From the NCBI GenBank assembly GCA_002633005.1, contig NMRA01000268.1, forward strand, positions 68,585 to 132,584: a stretch of 64,000 bases of DNA. The letters are read 5' to 3'. A program made the translations under genes and the position numbers. Numbering within the stretch: the first letter of the stretch is position 1; each line of letters starts with the position of its first letter. The notes below the pieces were generated by a model. That model was not told the origin of the DNA, searched no databases, and saw nothing but the letters and a program-made list of their open reading frames with translations. Shown one piece after another: positions 25,975 to 40,000 of this stretch. Origin of the DNA: Phoronis australis. Taxonomy: Eukaryota > Animalia > Phoronida.

Positions 25975-28349
25975 GACAAGAGCAACGCTGTGGCGTTGAC
26001 ATGCACCCATGGTGTATCGCAAACGGTATGTTTCTAAGAGCCACTGGGTGGTGCTGTAGTAATTGAATTCGGCCAAAAATCAATTGGTGTCGGCGCATTG
26101 AAGTTTCATTGAAATCCGTCAATGAGCCTCTAAATATCATCCGGAAACTCTCTTGCCTCAAACAAAACACGAAAAGCACCTTGTCGAGAACAAAATGATG
26201 AAGGCACATGTTCATCACATGCCACTACATGTATGTAGAGTTTCAATGAAATCATTCAATCGGTTCTCCAGATACCATCCAGGAACACTCTTCGTTCAAA
26301 CAACACTTGAAAAGCCCCTTGTTACGATGCCATAGTAAACAAATCTACCCCAAAACCGAAGAGTCCGACGGTGTGACATCACACGTCATATGCCTGGTCA
26401 AGGTTCGTTGACATCAGTCAGTCGGTTTTATAGATATCATCTGGAACTGCTCTGCCTCCAACCAACACATGAAAACCCCTAAAGAACAAAATGGACATCA
26501 CGAGGTGCTGCAGTAGTCAAATAAGCCCGAAGATTTAATGGTGCCTCCGCATTGCCATCACAAACCTCAGTGTTGACTTTCATCAAAATACTCTCACACA
26601 AAATGGCCACTAAGTGGTGTTGCAATTGTCATTTCTGCCCGGAAATCAAATGGTGCCGGCAAAATTTTATGATATACCTATATATTAAATTTCAATTAAA
26701 TCCGTCGATCGGTTCTTTAGATATCATCCGGAAACGTTTTTCGCCAAACAACTCATGAAAAACTGTCGAGAACAAAATGGCCACTAGGACGTGTTACAGT
26801 GGCCAAATCCGCCCGAAAATTAAAAAGTGACAGCGTATAGACATCACACGCCACTGTGTCAACTTTCATTGAAATCCTTCAATCGGTTCTCTAAAAATCA
26901 ACTGGAAGCGTTCTCGCATAAAATAGCCACTACGAAGCACTGCAGTAATGGAATCCGACCCAAAATCGAATGGTGCCATCACAATTTCAGTACATACCTC
27001 GGTGTCGAGTCTCAATGAATTCCGTCAAATGTTTCTTTACATACCACACGAAAACTATCTCTTCCCACAAACAACACTTGAAAAGCCAATATCGAGAACA
27101 AAATGGCCGCTAGGAGGTTCTGCAGCGGTCGAATTCGTGAGAAAAAAAATAATGGTATCGGTGCTTTGACATCACATACCCCTGTACTGTTCTTACGTTT
27201 ATTCAATCAGTTTATTTCTGCAATAAAAGCCATTGACCTACTGAACAAAAGAACAACATGTAAAATACTTCAGAGTGCAGCAAGGTACCACAGGGACGAA
27301 AAGCGTAAAATACATAAATAAATATTTACATAGATTAACTAATTTAGCATCATCACTTGTTGACATCAATATATTGAACTTAAAACAGAAGGAAAATTCC
27401 AGTAGTACACTTCAATATAATTTTCTCTCAGTTCAGAATACTTAGCACAGCTTAGAAGGAAATGATACACGTCTTCTACAACATTGGGGCAGAAGAGACA
27501 CACTCTGTTTGCTCTATCCAAGTTCAAGTGCCTGAGACTGTGGCTGGAACAACGAAATCGTGCCATGGACATGCTGTCTAAGAACTAGCAGAAAAGTATT
27601 TTCACACACAACGCCTTGATTAAACCAAACTTCGTAGAATCCATAACTTGACAATATAAATCTAACTTACTGAAATACTTCAATCCGTTCTCTATATATC
27701 ATCTGGAAACACTGTCATACAAAATGGCCACTAGGAGGCGCTGTAGTAGTCAAACCAGCCCAAAAATCAAATAGAGCCAGCGCATTCACATGTATGCCTA
27801 TGTGTAAACTTTCGTGGAAATCCGCCATTCTGTGCACTAGATATCATCCAGAAACACCCCCCCCCTCAAAAAATAACACTTGAGCAGCCCCTTGTCAAAA
27901 ATTGCCACCAGGAGGTGCTGCAGTTGATAATCCGTCAATGAGTCTCTAGATATCATCCGGAAATTCTCTTTCCACAAACAAAACACGAAAAGCCCCTTGT
28001 CGAGAACAAAATAATGGAGCAACATGTTCATCATGATAAATCCATTCAAAAATTTATTGGTGCCGGCGCATTCATATCATTTACATTTGAGTCGCGTTTC
28101 ATTGAAATCCGTCATTCCATCCGGAAACGCACTTTCCCAAAAAATACCCAAAAAGTCACGCCCACCTGGCCCCAGGGGGCGATGCAGATCGAAAAGTGGC
28201 AAGAAGTGTTCTAGTTATGCCCAACACCCTTGTGCCAAATTTCATCAAAATCTGACAAGGGTTTTGAGAGTATCGAGCGGATACCCGGACAAGCGCACGC
28301 GCACAAAGTGACAATATGCGACCGCATTCTTATGTGGGTGCATAAAAAT
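25975..28349 (+). mobile_element. Helentron/HINE-like non-autonomous element with internal satellite array, copy 1
   Basis: 5' ACAAGAGCAACGC start; subterminal inverted ATGCACCCA (26001) / TGGGTGCAT (28335); 3' hairpin plus A-run; tandem 140-185 bp units (AAAATGGCCACTAGGAGG..); interrupted by a LINE piece. Confidence 0.7.
27190..27680 (-). mobile_element. LINE 3' fragment nested in the HINE array
   Basis: RFRCSSHSL..RVCLFC..EDVYHFLLSC C-terminal motif plus 3' UTR with AATAAA. Confidence 0.65.
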
Positions 28350-28359
28350 TACACCTATG

Positions 28360-28720
28360 TTGCTTTTGCTTTGAGATAGTCGTTGTAAGAGTATTTGACC
28401 AGGTGTCCCGCGGTTTTATTCATGCTGCAGTCCCGGCAAGTGCGTAATCCCGAACTGAGTAACATCAAAGAGTGGGTATGCACTTTCTTGCACTTTTTGG
28501 TCGATCCAATAAGTAAACGCCAATCTTTGAATTCCACTTTAGCTCATGTGTTGTTTTTTTGTAAATGCCTTCTGTTAAGAGGGTCCGTTCATTTGCAACA
28601 TTTCCTAACGCTTTTGTGGAGTTTGGAAAGCTTACAGAAAATGTTATGTTTTTGGAGTATTTGTTATTATGAAGAATTGCGCCCATAAGTCAATAAAAAT
28701 AGTTAACAGTGAAGAGAAAC
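28360..28720 (-). mobile_element. Highly decayed L1/Tx1-like LINE C-terminal relic
   Basis: ELKWNSKIG and CRDCSMNKTAGHL remnants in different frames. Confidence 0.3.
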
Positions 28721-29499
28721 CATAAATATACATGTAAGTAATGCCTTTTTCACCAGCGCTTATAAATAACAAATGTCTTATTTACAGTTTCATTGCAGAT
28801 TGACTAATATTGGACATCTTCACTGATTCTTCTCAATGTCCCGAATTTGGGCAAATTAAAAAAACGAAAATAAATTTGTAATTTCATATGACCGTGTATG
28901 GCAAGAAGCGCTGCCAAAATTTAAAACGTTACAACCACTCAACCAACAATGTTGTAAAAACATTGTTTGTTGAAATCACTCATATAGAACCAGGACAGCT
29001 CAGAAATTGGATGAACGACCAACAATTTTTACATCATTTCAGTACTTTTTATTGTATCACGTTTTCAACGCCAAACAAACTTGAAGAAATGTTTACTTGA
29101 TTGTCCACCGATGAGACAAGTTCAATTCAGTGCTCATGCGCGGGGAGGCCTTGCTGACTGTTATTTATAAATATATTTTAAGTTTTAATATTACAACTTC
29201 AAAGACTATTTATTAGATTCTAACTTGAATATTTGCTACGAAAGCTGAATGCAATTTACAACTGTTGTGCTTAAAATAATCTGTTAACAAAAAGTAAGTG
29301 AATTACTTTATATTGCGCGAGCCTGGCACATGTAAACCCGATTTAAATTTACACACGGGTGTAAAAGCAAGATTACCCGGCCAAAAGTGCCATTACAAAA
29401 TTATTTCTGTTATCTCAACTCTCCTTAAAGCAACACAACTTCCCTTTAAACTTCCAAATGATCTTCTGTTGCCATGTATTTTGGATGTTTTTTATTGAA

Positions 29500-29500
<1 letters not shown>

Positions 29501-29585
<85 letters not shown>
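29501..29585. repeat. (CTG)n microsatellite followed by assembly gap (29586-29697)
   Basis: About 28 units with one interruption, then an N run. Confidence 0.95.
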
Positions 29586-29697
29586 NNNNNNNNNNNNNNN
29601 NNNNNNNNNNNNNNNNNNNNNNNNNNNNNNNNNNNNNNNNNNNNNNNNNNNNNNNNNNNNNNNNNNNNNNNNNNNNNNNNNNNNNNNNNNNNNNNNN

Positions 29698-30423
29698 TCA
29701 TTCCCGAAGATCCCTGTACGGCTGGGACACCAGGTGAAGGTGACCTGCCAGCCTTTTTAATCAGCTCAGCAAGGGTCAGCATGATAAATGACGTTCGTCG
29801 TCGTTGTTGGGTGGCTCGTGTGTTGGCGTTGCAGTACTGGCTGGCTATCACTCACTATTCTGTCAGTTCTTGCTACGTCTTCTTCTTGGATCACCTTCAG
29901 GGCACAGTCGATGGCCTTCGTCTCAGCCAGGAACGAAGAATACCACTTGTTGGTTGGAATGGCGAAGGAACGGTGGGCCCAAGTGAGCCGTTTGGATTGC
30001 CTGTAGAGACAACGACTCCACCACTGCCTGTTGTGTTACCGTCTGTTGCTGATCCGTCTGTGTAGAGGACCAGGTCGTAGTCACTCCATAGTTCCTCCAG
30101 TTGGGCCATGGCCCACTGGCGGTCCGCTGCCACATCGCCCCTCTTGATGCCAGTCGTCTCGAACCGATGACCACCTATCTCTAGTAAGGGGGGATATGAT
30201 CTGGTCTTTGAGGCGGTCGTTTGGTGTCGAAGATCGATGTCCATACTTTGCTGGCTATTTCTCTCCATCTCTTCTTCTTCATCTGCTGCCACACAGTCTT
30301 ATCTGCCGTCTGATACCTTGGGTCCTCGTCTGCTTGTCTAAGCGATTTCTCGCAGGCAATCGTACTGAGTTGGACTCATCTGCTCGATATAGTCGGCAGG
30401 TTCGCTTCCGCAAGGATAGCTTC
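29698..30423 (-). mobile_element. RNase H-bearing LINE fragment (I/Ingi-like)
   Basis: EAILAEANLPTI; RNase H motifs LYTDGS, SSFLAE, SDS, GIFGNE across frameshifts; runs into the N gap. Confidence 0.7.
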
Positions 30424-30424
30424 A

Positions 30425-30450
30425 GCTGCTGCTGCTGCTGTTGCTGCGGC

Positions 30451-30485
<35 letters not shown>
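30425..30485. repeat. Imperfect (CTG)n microsatellite
   Basis: About 20 units with GTT/GCG variants. Confidence 0.9.
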
Positions 30486-32000
30486 AGTGAGGGTCTACGA
30501 CTTTTCTACGCCACGGTTTCACTGGATATACGCACCAACCATTAGAGGTACAATAGGCATTTCGTATAACTTTTTCACAACAAATCAACTACTTGGTTCG
30601 CTTTGGAAAAGTTTCGTTTTCCACTTTGAGCGCTGAATTTCCAAAAGCCAGTTCGTCATCACCCATTCGAACGTAGCCGGAAAAAAGTAATTTATGAGCG
30701 CGCCCCGCATCAATGGCGCATAAAAAATCATTGACACACTACGATTGTGTAACTCGGGCCAACGGGCGCACAAACTGTCACACAATTTCGCAGCTTTGTT
30801 CTGTCTTGAACAACCTGCATTGCATGCAGAATCTACAAACTACGATGCAGCGCCCTACAGCCAGTAGTGATGACGACAACACTGAATTAATATATGGGGA
30901 CTAGCATATTGTAAATACGTAGATCCTTATTTCATGTGCTTATTGTTGTATTGAAATGCACAGCCGTTCAGAGAATTCATTTCATTAATCGTGTAACGCA
31001 GGCTAAAAATTGGCCCATCCAAGTTAGGCCATATATAGGTGGGTCAATTGTCAGTAACCCGTTTTTCAAAACTGATCGTAGCTAGGGGCCGGAAAGCGTC
31101 CCAATCTCTCAATTTACACTCGCGACATATATAGGGAGCTGGAGAGGTACATGTAGGACATGTCTTGACGTTTTTTGATTTAAAAACGGTTCACAAACTC
31201 GTTCTTCTCGTTATCGTCTGCGGCATTTTCCTTGTCAGTGTCAAGTCTCAAACAACTCAGCCGGCACGACAGTTAAATGATATGTGCTGAAAATCATGAG
31301 GACGGAGAGATTCGTGCAATATGAAAATAATCAATGTAAACCTTGCCTTAGTTTTATTGCAAGTTTGAGTCAGCTCAGTTCAGTTTTAGCCAACGAACAT
31401 ATGTTCCTGTCACATCTCATACGTCACAAGTTATTTTTGACCTCGGTTGCGTTTCTTAGGGGAACCTAGTGCCTCCACGTTGTAAGACGGTTTGACTGCA
31501 TCCCTATACCGGCAGGGCCGATTGTCTCCTCGTCAAGGCCTACGTGTAGCAATCCTGTGTAACTGAAGTGGCAAATCCCTTAGGTGTAATATTATCACGG
31601 TACTAGAAGGCACCTTTTTTCGACCCCAGCAATCGAGGGTCAGTGATCAAATCACTGCTGTCTAGTCTGAAAGGCTTTAATATCATTACCGGCTACAATG
31701 ACAGTCCACAGCTAAGGTACAAAACTGCATAAATTAAATTTCACATGTTATTTGACGTCAGTCGAGTACTGAGTGAGGATGAGCGCTGCCCCGCGCCGGA
31801 CCGGGCTCGTGTGTGGATGACCCATGAGCACCCTGTAGTCGATATACCTATTGCCGATAAGGTCAACACAACAATCTCCACCTGACTTGGTGGAACTGTA
31901 ATACTCACTCAGCGGGGTCACTTGTCAAACAGATTACTTCATAGGGACTATCATATAGATAATAGATCTATGATTACGCCAAACAATCTCCGGGGACGAA

Positions 32001-32027
32001 TCACATGACTTGGTCATGTCACATGAC
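32001..32027. promoter_or_regulatory. Tandem CLEAR/M-box-like motifs (TCACATGAC x2), putative TFEB/MITF sites upstream of sulfatase paralog 2
   Basis: TCACATGAC at 32001-32009 and 32019-32027, about 2 kb upstream of the ATG and next to a GC-richer patch; the TSS is not known. Confidence 0.4.
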
Positions 32028-33593
32028 TTCATTTTACCACTGAACGAGGTCATTTCCGGAGAGAAATGGTTTCAGCACTGCTGTGCTCGGTCTGTGCTGA
32101 AAAACGCCAACTTTCAAGAGACTGGAGAATGGCTTCCGAAGGCTTTGTAGCCCAAGTTAGAATGCCTTTTGATGGCAGATTCAGTTGTTTTAAAAGCGGC
32201 CTGTATTTGACTGCATTGCTCTTCTGTCAATGAGTGAGATCTCGAGCTTTGTTTTTTAGTCTAGCCTGGGTTGGCAATGTTGTTAGATCTGTAACTCAGT
32301 CAGGGTGTTTGAATGGCCCAAGTTTGACTATTACTGCACAGTGATTAAATGATTATTAAGACACACGGACATCTGGTATGAATAAACAGATCTCCTGTTC
32401 ACAGTCACCATCAAATAATCTACTGCATGTTACTATGCTGTGGTAGACAATACCACTGTCTCAACTGGCAGTGGCAGCAGAGACGGTGGTCATCCCATAG
32501 GCCCCCCACATGCCAGAAGCTTTTCGGGTCACACTGATTAAACCATCAAAGTCATATGTTTCTAGAAGTACTTTCTGTGCTTAGAGGGACATCTTAGGAG
32601 CTAGACTGTTGGTGTCTTTAATTGCTTCCTCGAACAAATACTACAAGTCCTTCATTCAGTTGCCCAAATTGGCAACTGGCCTTTTTACATTGCTTGCGCT
32701 AAGGGATATGATGTCACGTTATTCTGGCAAAAGCTATGTAAAAATGGCCAGTTGCCGATTTGGGCTACTGAATGATGGACTGGTTGAAAATAAAGATTGA
32801 TTACGGTAGTGTTTGATGGCGTTGGAAGGAATTTGAGACATCAATGGCATCCCAAGGTGGCCCTCTATGTTCAAGAGGTACTTACAGTAACATGACTTAG
32901 ATGGTTTAATAAGTTTGTATTATTCTCTGAAAAGCTTCCGGCGTATAAATGGCCACCGTCTCTGCTGCCAGTTAAAACACTGGTACTGTCTACTGCTCTA
33001 GTAACATTATCGGTAAAAATAATATATACAAACAATTGATACATCTGTCGCATCGTGGCCGCCTTCATCTAAGACCAAAGATTTGGCAATAGTCACTATG
33101 AATGCAAATGAACATTAATTGTTGCCAGCCAATTCATACGAACCATGGTGACGTCCTCGTGTAGTTTGGAAGTAAACTTCAAGATTGCGATGATAAATGT
33201 GTGATTACCCAAAGTAATTTGTATTATACATGGTAGCTAAGGCTGTTATTTAATGCCAAATGGAAATTACAGTATTTGTATATTAAGTTCTTACTGAAAC
33301 AGTTGTAAACCTGTCTTCGATAAAAAACAACTTTTGATTTAGACCACCTACCGTTATGAAATTAGTCGCAAATTCTTCCTTTAGTAAAACTTGAAATAAA
33401 TTTAGTGCTCCACAAGTTGGTATGTCACGTCGTTTTGTGCGCCAAGCATGGTCTCGGCGAATATTGAAGTGTCAAATCTATTCAAACCAAGGGATTACTT
33501 CTCATCTGAGCAAAAAACAAGTTGCTCAAAATCAATAGCCATAGCAGCAAGTGGTCTAAGTGCTTCTTACATGGAAAATAGGCTTGAGTTGCT

Positions 33594-33703
33594 GGCAATA
33601 GTCTGATATAACGTGCCTGCATTTTAAGAACCAGTTTGACACCCATTATTTAGTGGGGGAAAACTGGTTCTCAAAATTCGACCACGTTATATCAGACCAT
33701 TAC
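33594..33703. repeat. Imperfect palindrome / MITE
   Basis: GTCTGATATAACGTG..GAACCAGTTT pairs with AAACTGGTTC..CACGTTATATCAGAC. Confidence 0.65.
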
Positions 33704-34003
33704 CGAGTTGCTTAACATAATGTCTGTTGTTTTAACTATGCAAATAGTTTAGCATTGATCGTCGATATGATAACACTTGGTTTCTACTCAAATGTCCCGC
33801 ACAGAGAGGCACTTGTGCCTAAGTTCCGCAGTTAGGTGCATCTCCACAATTAGGTGCAGCTCCACAATTAGGCGCATGTGCTCAATTGCAGGGTTTTACG
33901 ATAAGAAATGTCAAGCTTTTCTTAAATATTTTTCTAGATTCGATTTCTACGTATGCTGTCTGGCCACTAACATCACAGTCATTACGCAGTGCTAGCTTAT
34001 CTG

Positions 34004-37000
34004 ATGTGGAGGTTGGTTTGTGTATCAGGCAGCGTGCCCGTGGTTGTGGTGCTTCTCTTTATTTGTACTACAGCAGACAGGCTTCACACTCAGCGGCCCA
34101 ACATCATACTCATAGTGGCTGATGATTTGGTGAGAATGTAGTGGAATCTCATTCAGTTTGTTGAATCAAGAGTCCAAGTCGCACACAAGAGGCATCTTGA
34201 AATTGTTCTGGTTTTACATTCAGGTCATTTTTTGTGCAACCTCTAAGGTAATGCTGGTACTACAATTGTTTCAACAAGGGGTTTATTCATTGCAAAAAAA
34301 TCAAAGCAACATTTTTGCCTCTGATGTAATTTATTGAGGGGTTCAAACCGTACCCCCGCAAGTCCTCCTGTAGATCTGCCATTGTTGGTGGTGGTGTATT
34401 TTCTGTATCAGAAATGATGAGTCAGCATGTTTTCTAAACTTAAGGATTTACAAACCAGCGATCAGGTTTCCTGAAATTTTATGCATGAATTCATTAATTA
34501 TTAGCATTGCACTATGGTTGGTAAAATGTGCACGTGCTTCTGGTTCTCCGATATGAATGTCTATGACAACAATTTGTATATTGTATACTCAAGTCTGTTC
34601 AATTTGTATTTGCTGTTGGTTAACAGTGTCATTTTTAAATTCAAATTGTTTTCCTTTGAAATTAATATAAAAGTTCTTTAACACAGAGAGTATATGGGAT
34701 CTGCTAAATTTATATGAATACCCTATGGATTGTTAAAGGACTGATTGTTTCTGATGTTGTAGACAGAAACTTGATTTTTTCTAGATTGAAGTTCCAAATT
34801 TCGATGAGTTCTCAGAATTGTTGCATGGAGCTCTAATATTTTCCACTTGTGTTGCCCTAGGGATGGAACGATGTGAGTTTTCATGGATCCAACCAGATTC
34901 CAACACCAAATATTGATGCACTGGCGTACTCTGGTGTGATACTCAACAACTACTATGTACAACCTATCTGTACACCGACAAGGGCAGCCCTGTTGACCGG
35001 TAGACATCCTATACATTTGGGTAAGGTTGTGAGTGGCGTCTTGACATTTAACTAAAACAAAACCGCTAGCCTTAACTTTTGGGGGCCCTAATCTAGATCT
35101 GATTTGGAAGACCCCTCCATTTACGATTGAATTTGTTTCATGCCCTGTGCTTGTGTAGCTTAGTGGTAGGGCCAGCTCTGAAATAATTTATGTGCGACTG
35201 CATGAAAATTTTATTTTCCGAATATTAGTCCTTCTGTGCTAACAACTGGATCCATTGCACCTCCTTCCAAAAATTTTATAGTCTTTCATTTTATGAGTAT
35301 TCGAAGGTATCAAAAATTATTTTGCTTTAACTAATGTTATCTTTATTAATTCAGTATTCTATCAATTTGGCTTTGTTTTAGTTAATGTTTTCATATGAAG
35401 TTGCTTACGTGTAATTTCCAAGTCGCATCCCAAATGATACAGTTTTAATGGTCTGTTTTCTGTGTTAATGAACTGCTATTGAAATGTGCCTAAAGTCACA
35501 AAGGTTTGTGGCCTGCTCAAGGTTGGTCATTAATTCTGTCTGCTAGGCCTTCAACATGGTGTGCTGAGGGGTGCTAGGCCTGATGGATTAGGTTTGAATG
35601 AGACACTGCTGCCTCAGTATTTGCACCAACTTGGCTACAGAACACACATGGTTGGCAAGGTATGTTTAACTTAGTGCATGCATATAGGAATTGTGCTGTG
35701 AGAACATTGAAGGAGAAAATGTCAGTCATCTGTTCTCTCCCACACCAATTGTGAAACTCATATTGATGTTGAGAGTTTCAGGTGACAATGAAGCATAGCA
35801 ATTTAAGCTTAGGATTCCCACTTTGGTGATCAGGTTCAAGTCCTTGTTACTAAGGCTGACAATTGAACATGACATTCAGATATCGCCTACACCTCCATGT
35901 TCAATTTTACTGTAGCAGTATATTGAATCAGAGCCTGGATTGAATACAAAAGCGGTTTCTTGGGCTTTGCTAATATTTTGAAAATCATTTAGCGTGCTTT
36001 TTTCCTCTACCTGGTCACAATCAACTTCCTCCACAAATCTCTTTAACTTTGCAGCTGATGTTTCTCTGATAATAAGGATTAGAGGTGATACACCTCCACT
36101 CACTGTGTACGAAAGTCGCGGACAAAAAATCGACGTTTATGACATTGTTCAAAATTCGAGGATCATTTAAAGAACAGTTTTTGGACCTTGTACGAATTTC
36201 GTGGACTATGAAAAACTCATTTCGGACGAAATATTTATTCTTGGTCGAAAATGGCGGGCTGTCCGAAAATCGCGCAACTTAACCGTGTCTCTTATTGAAG
36301 CATGGGTTATCACCGGAATCCTTTACTTTCCTAAAGGAATCCAAAGAATGAGAGCTAGCCATCTGCCATATATCTCATCATCAGTATGTTTAGTAATATG
36401 ATCCATCATGAACGCTGAGCAATGTAAAGCCTACACAACCAAACCTTCAAATGCAACTCATGTGCAAATGATAAAGTACATCCTCACTTAGGGCAGGTAG
36501 TAATTGTGCAATATTTAGTGCAATGGGTTGAAATATGTGGCCTGCGCATGTCTGGTGCTGTGCAAAAGCCATCACAATAAGTCCACCTGCACTATTTTTA
36601 GGAATTGTGCTCTAGCAGGTGACAACTAGCTCTGGATGAAATCACCAATACAAGGTTTAGTATCTTTCCTACGAAACAGCCTCTGTGTGTATGTGTTTGT
36701 TCATGCTCTATATTTTGTACTCTTTCAGTGGCACTTAGGAATGTATGCAAATGAGTTCACACCCACGTATCGAGGTTTTGAAACTCACTATGGCTATTAC
36801 CAAGGTGCTGAAGATTATTTTGACCACACAAGTTGGCAGGTAAGGCTATCTCACAAGCAAGAAACTGTGGTATGTTTAGGGCAGGTTGTTGAGGCTTGCA
36901 AAGTAAGGGAATCTCCTTAATCTCTGACTCGCTAGTATGAGTCACACGTTTTGAACATACCATTTAAGTTTATGTAGTATCCTAGAAAACATCCAAATTT

Positions 37001-40000
37001 GGTAAACATCAGGATGTCATATGTCAGTTATGGCTATCAGATTCATGTGAAATTTTAAGATACTGTGCTTTTTTTACTGTTCTCTGAAACTCTGTTAGGA
37101 TTGTTTTAGAGTCCATAGAGTTCCTGTTTTTGATAAGCCCTCATGCAACAGTGATTCACTTAAAAATGTTTCACTGTTGCACGAGGGGCTATCAAAAACT
37201 AGAATTTTACAAACTTAGAAGTTGCATATAACAAAGACAAAATAATATTTCAGAAAACTGTAACAGCGTTTTTGAGATTCGTCTATTTATACGAAATGAA
37301 ATTTATAACATAGTTTTGTTATTAATGAACGTTTCTCTTTTGCTTCGTTTACTACAAAGACATGGTGATGCGACTGAATTATTAACAGATTGGTATCGAG
37401 TTGAAAAACTTCATAAAAGACTCATATTTCTTACAGAACTTGTATTAAAGCTGCTATAAACCCACCTTCCATCACAAAATCAATTTTTGATTTAGACCAC
37501 TTACCGATATCAATTGGTCCCGAATTGTTCTTTTGTCAAAATGGATGGGATTTATGGGCATGGAAGGAATTGACTGTTGGTTATTTATCTTACACGCGTT
37601 GAACAACCTGAGTGCAATGGAGCTGTGTTTTGTGTATTGTACTCCCAGAGACTACTTAAACGGTGACCTCTGACATCGAAAGTTCAAAACTAAAGTTAGG
37701 TCACTGTCGACTCAACATCGTTAGCTGACTCGATCATCAAACTTTCCCAAAATAATATAGCAGTATAAATAACACTCAACACGCAATCAGGTAACAAACA
37801 TAACATCTGGTGCAAAACTGTTACTTATATGACACTTCTGTCTCAGTTTTATATAGCATCTGCAACTCAGGCACCGATTCCTCGATAACTACAATTATGT
37901 TGTTATTTAACTACGCTATTTTCTTTAGATGTTTCAAGTTCAATGCACAATCACCGTTGTTTTCATCTTTTTTGTTCATTTTCAAGTAATAAATCGTTAC
38001 ATTTCAAATCGTTTCTTTTGCTAAGAGAAAACTTGTAACATAACTAGCAAGTACATATTACATATGGATGTGATCCACCATGTGAACAGTCTGGGAGAAG
38101 TATTTAAAAAATCTGTCGAAATGTGAAAGAAACTTAAGAATTTGAAGTGTATGGGATAAATACAAAATCTACTTCGATTGGTGTATGTGATGTAATATCC
38201 CACTCAACATTATTCCGTGTATTCACGGAATAGTTGCTCATGGGATAGTACTTCATCTACACCACTCTCTGTACGTTTTGTGCATTTCTAGAGACCAGAA
38301 CTATGAGCTGACTTGTCACAGTGTGACAAACTTGGTGTAAGGAAGTGACTAATTTTCAGTTCTTGGTATAGACCAAAAATTACTTCTCATCTAAATAATG
38401 AACAAGTAGAGACCAATATTATAGCGTTAAGTAAATAAATCAAAGTTCTGTTTCTTCGACAGAACATTTGTTCTTCCTTAACAGCATAATTCAAAGGCTT
38501 AAAAAATCAAGACCTGCTTTAATTGTAGCTAATAGAAAAAAAGAAACAAAATTATCAAGTTTCGTGCAAACAAATTGTGGAAAATTTTGCGATCTCCATT
38601 TGATTTAACATTTAAGAAATCTGATTTGTTGTAATGAAGCTATCTTATTTACCTTAAAATGGAAATTGCATGCCTCAGACTTTTCAGCTGAAGGTAAATT
38701 GAAAACCTTCATTCTTTACTAAAGGTGTCAGCTTTATCCAAATTGCATTTTTCATTTTAAGTGCATCAGTTCATTAATAACAAAATTCCATGCTTCATAA
38801 TTTATACTGACAGGTCTAAGATAGCAGAATGGAAGTGAAACTAATAAATTAGTGGCTGATTATAAGTCACTTCACTCAATCATTTCGAATCCCTTCTTGC
38901 CCCCAGAGTGATGGCTATAAAGGGCTTGACTTCAGGAGAAACATGGAGCCTGTACGGGATGCGTCTAATCAGTATTCAACTGAATTATTCACCAGTGAGT
39001 CAGAGAAAATCATTCGTCAACATAATCAATCAGAGGTGAGTCTATCGATCTCGTAACACACCTGTGCCTCAACTCCAATCCCGCTTCTTGAACTCTAACC
39101 CAACTTAGGTTTGATATGGCCCTGTAAAAATTTGAAAACTTGGGAAATGATAGTAATGGACAAAGAATGGGTAAAAACTTCCAGCAAACTCATGGAAATT
39201 TTCTGGAAATCATAATTTTGTAAGACCAAGTGCAGGGTCATGCATTCAATTGTTCTTGGTGAAAATCATGAGAAAGTTGTTTGTGGGGAAACTAATTCAT
39301 GGAATTTAATTGAAGAGGAAATAGATTGAGTGGACACCATGTTTGACATTTGTTGGTTTACATTCTGTAGATCAATGTGCTATACCTGTGGTGAGATCTG
39401 GCCACTTGGGGAACAGAAAAGGTCAATTTTCTCCTATAATTCCACACGCTGCTAACTCACAGATCACCATTTCAGTACCCATCATTTTTCTAGGTTATGC
39501 TAATAGGGTTGCGAGCATGCCCCCGAAACTCTCGCATGATTTTGTATAGTCCCGCAAGAGCTTGTGTTTGTTGCAAGACCCTCACTTTTACGGAATGGAC
39601 CCCTGTTGTGCTTAGTAATTGTTCTCATATTTAGCACACAATATGGAGGACAGGTAAAATTTTTTTCCACTAATACTTAAGATTGACAAAATTTTAGTTT
39701 TTAATAACTTGATTTGCACTGAGTCATGCTATGAACATTCCCACTAAATAAAATTGGTTCTAACCCCAGTGGTTAAGGTAAACGGCGGGGTATGGAAAAT
39801 TGAACTAGACCGTATTTATCCACCTTGGCTGAGTCGCACTCGGCTCACGATCAAAGGGATGCCGCCAGGCTGCTCTAGTCATCGAGTCACGAGCGAGGAT
39901 AATTGGCTTCGCTCATGCGGATATGATCAGCTGATTACAATCTAGCTAGCAGACTGTACTTTTTATGGTGAGAGTTTTACGTAGTTTTTACTGTAATATT

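Noticed and set aside
29458-29851. Poly-Leu/Cys/Ala ORFs
   Set aside because: Translations of the CTG microsatellite and the N gap.
35790-35845. tRNA-like box A/B sequence
   Set aside because: No cloverleaf can be formed; at most a decayed SINE head.
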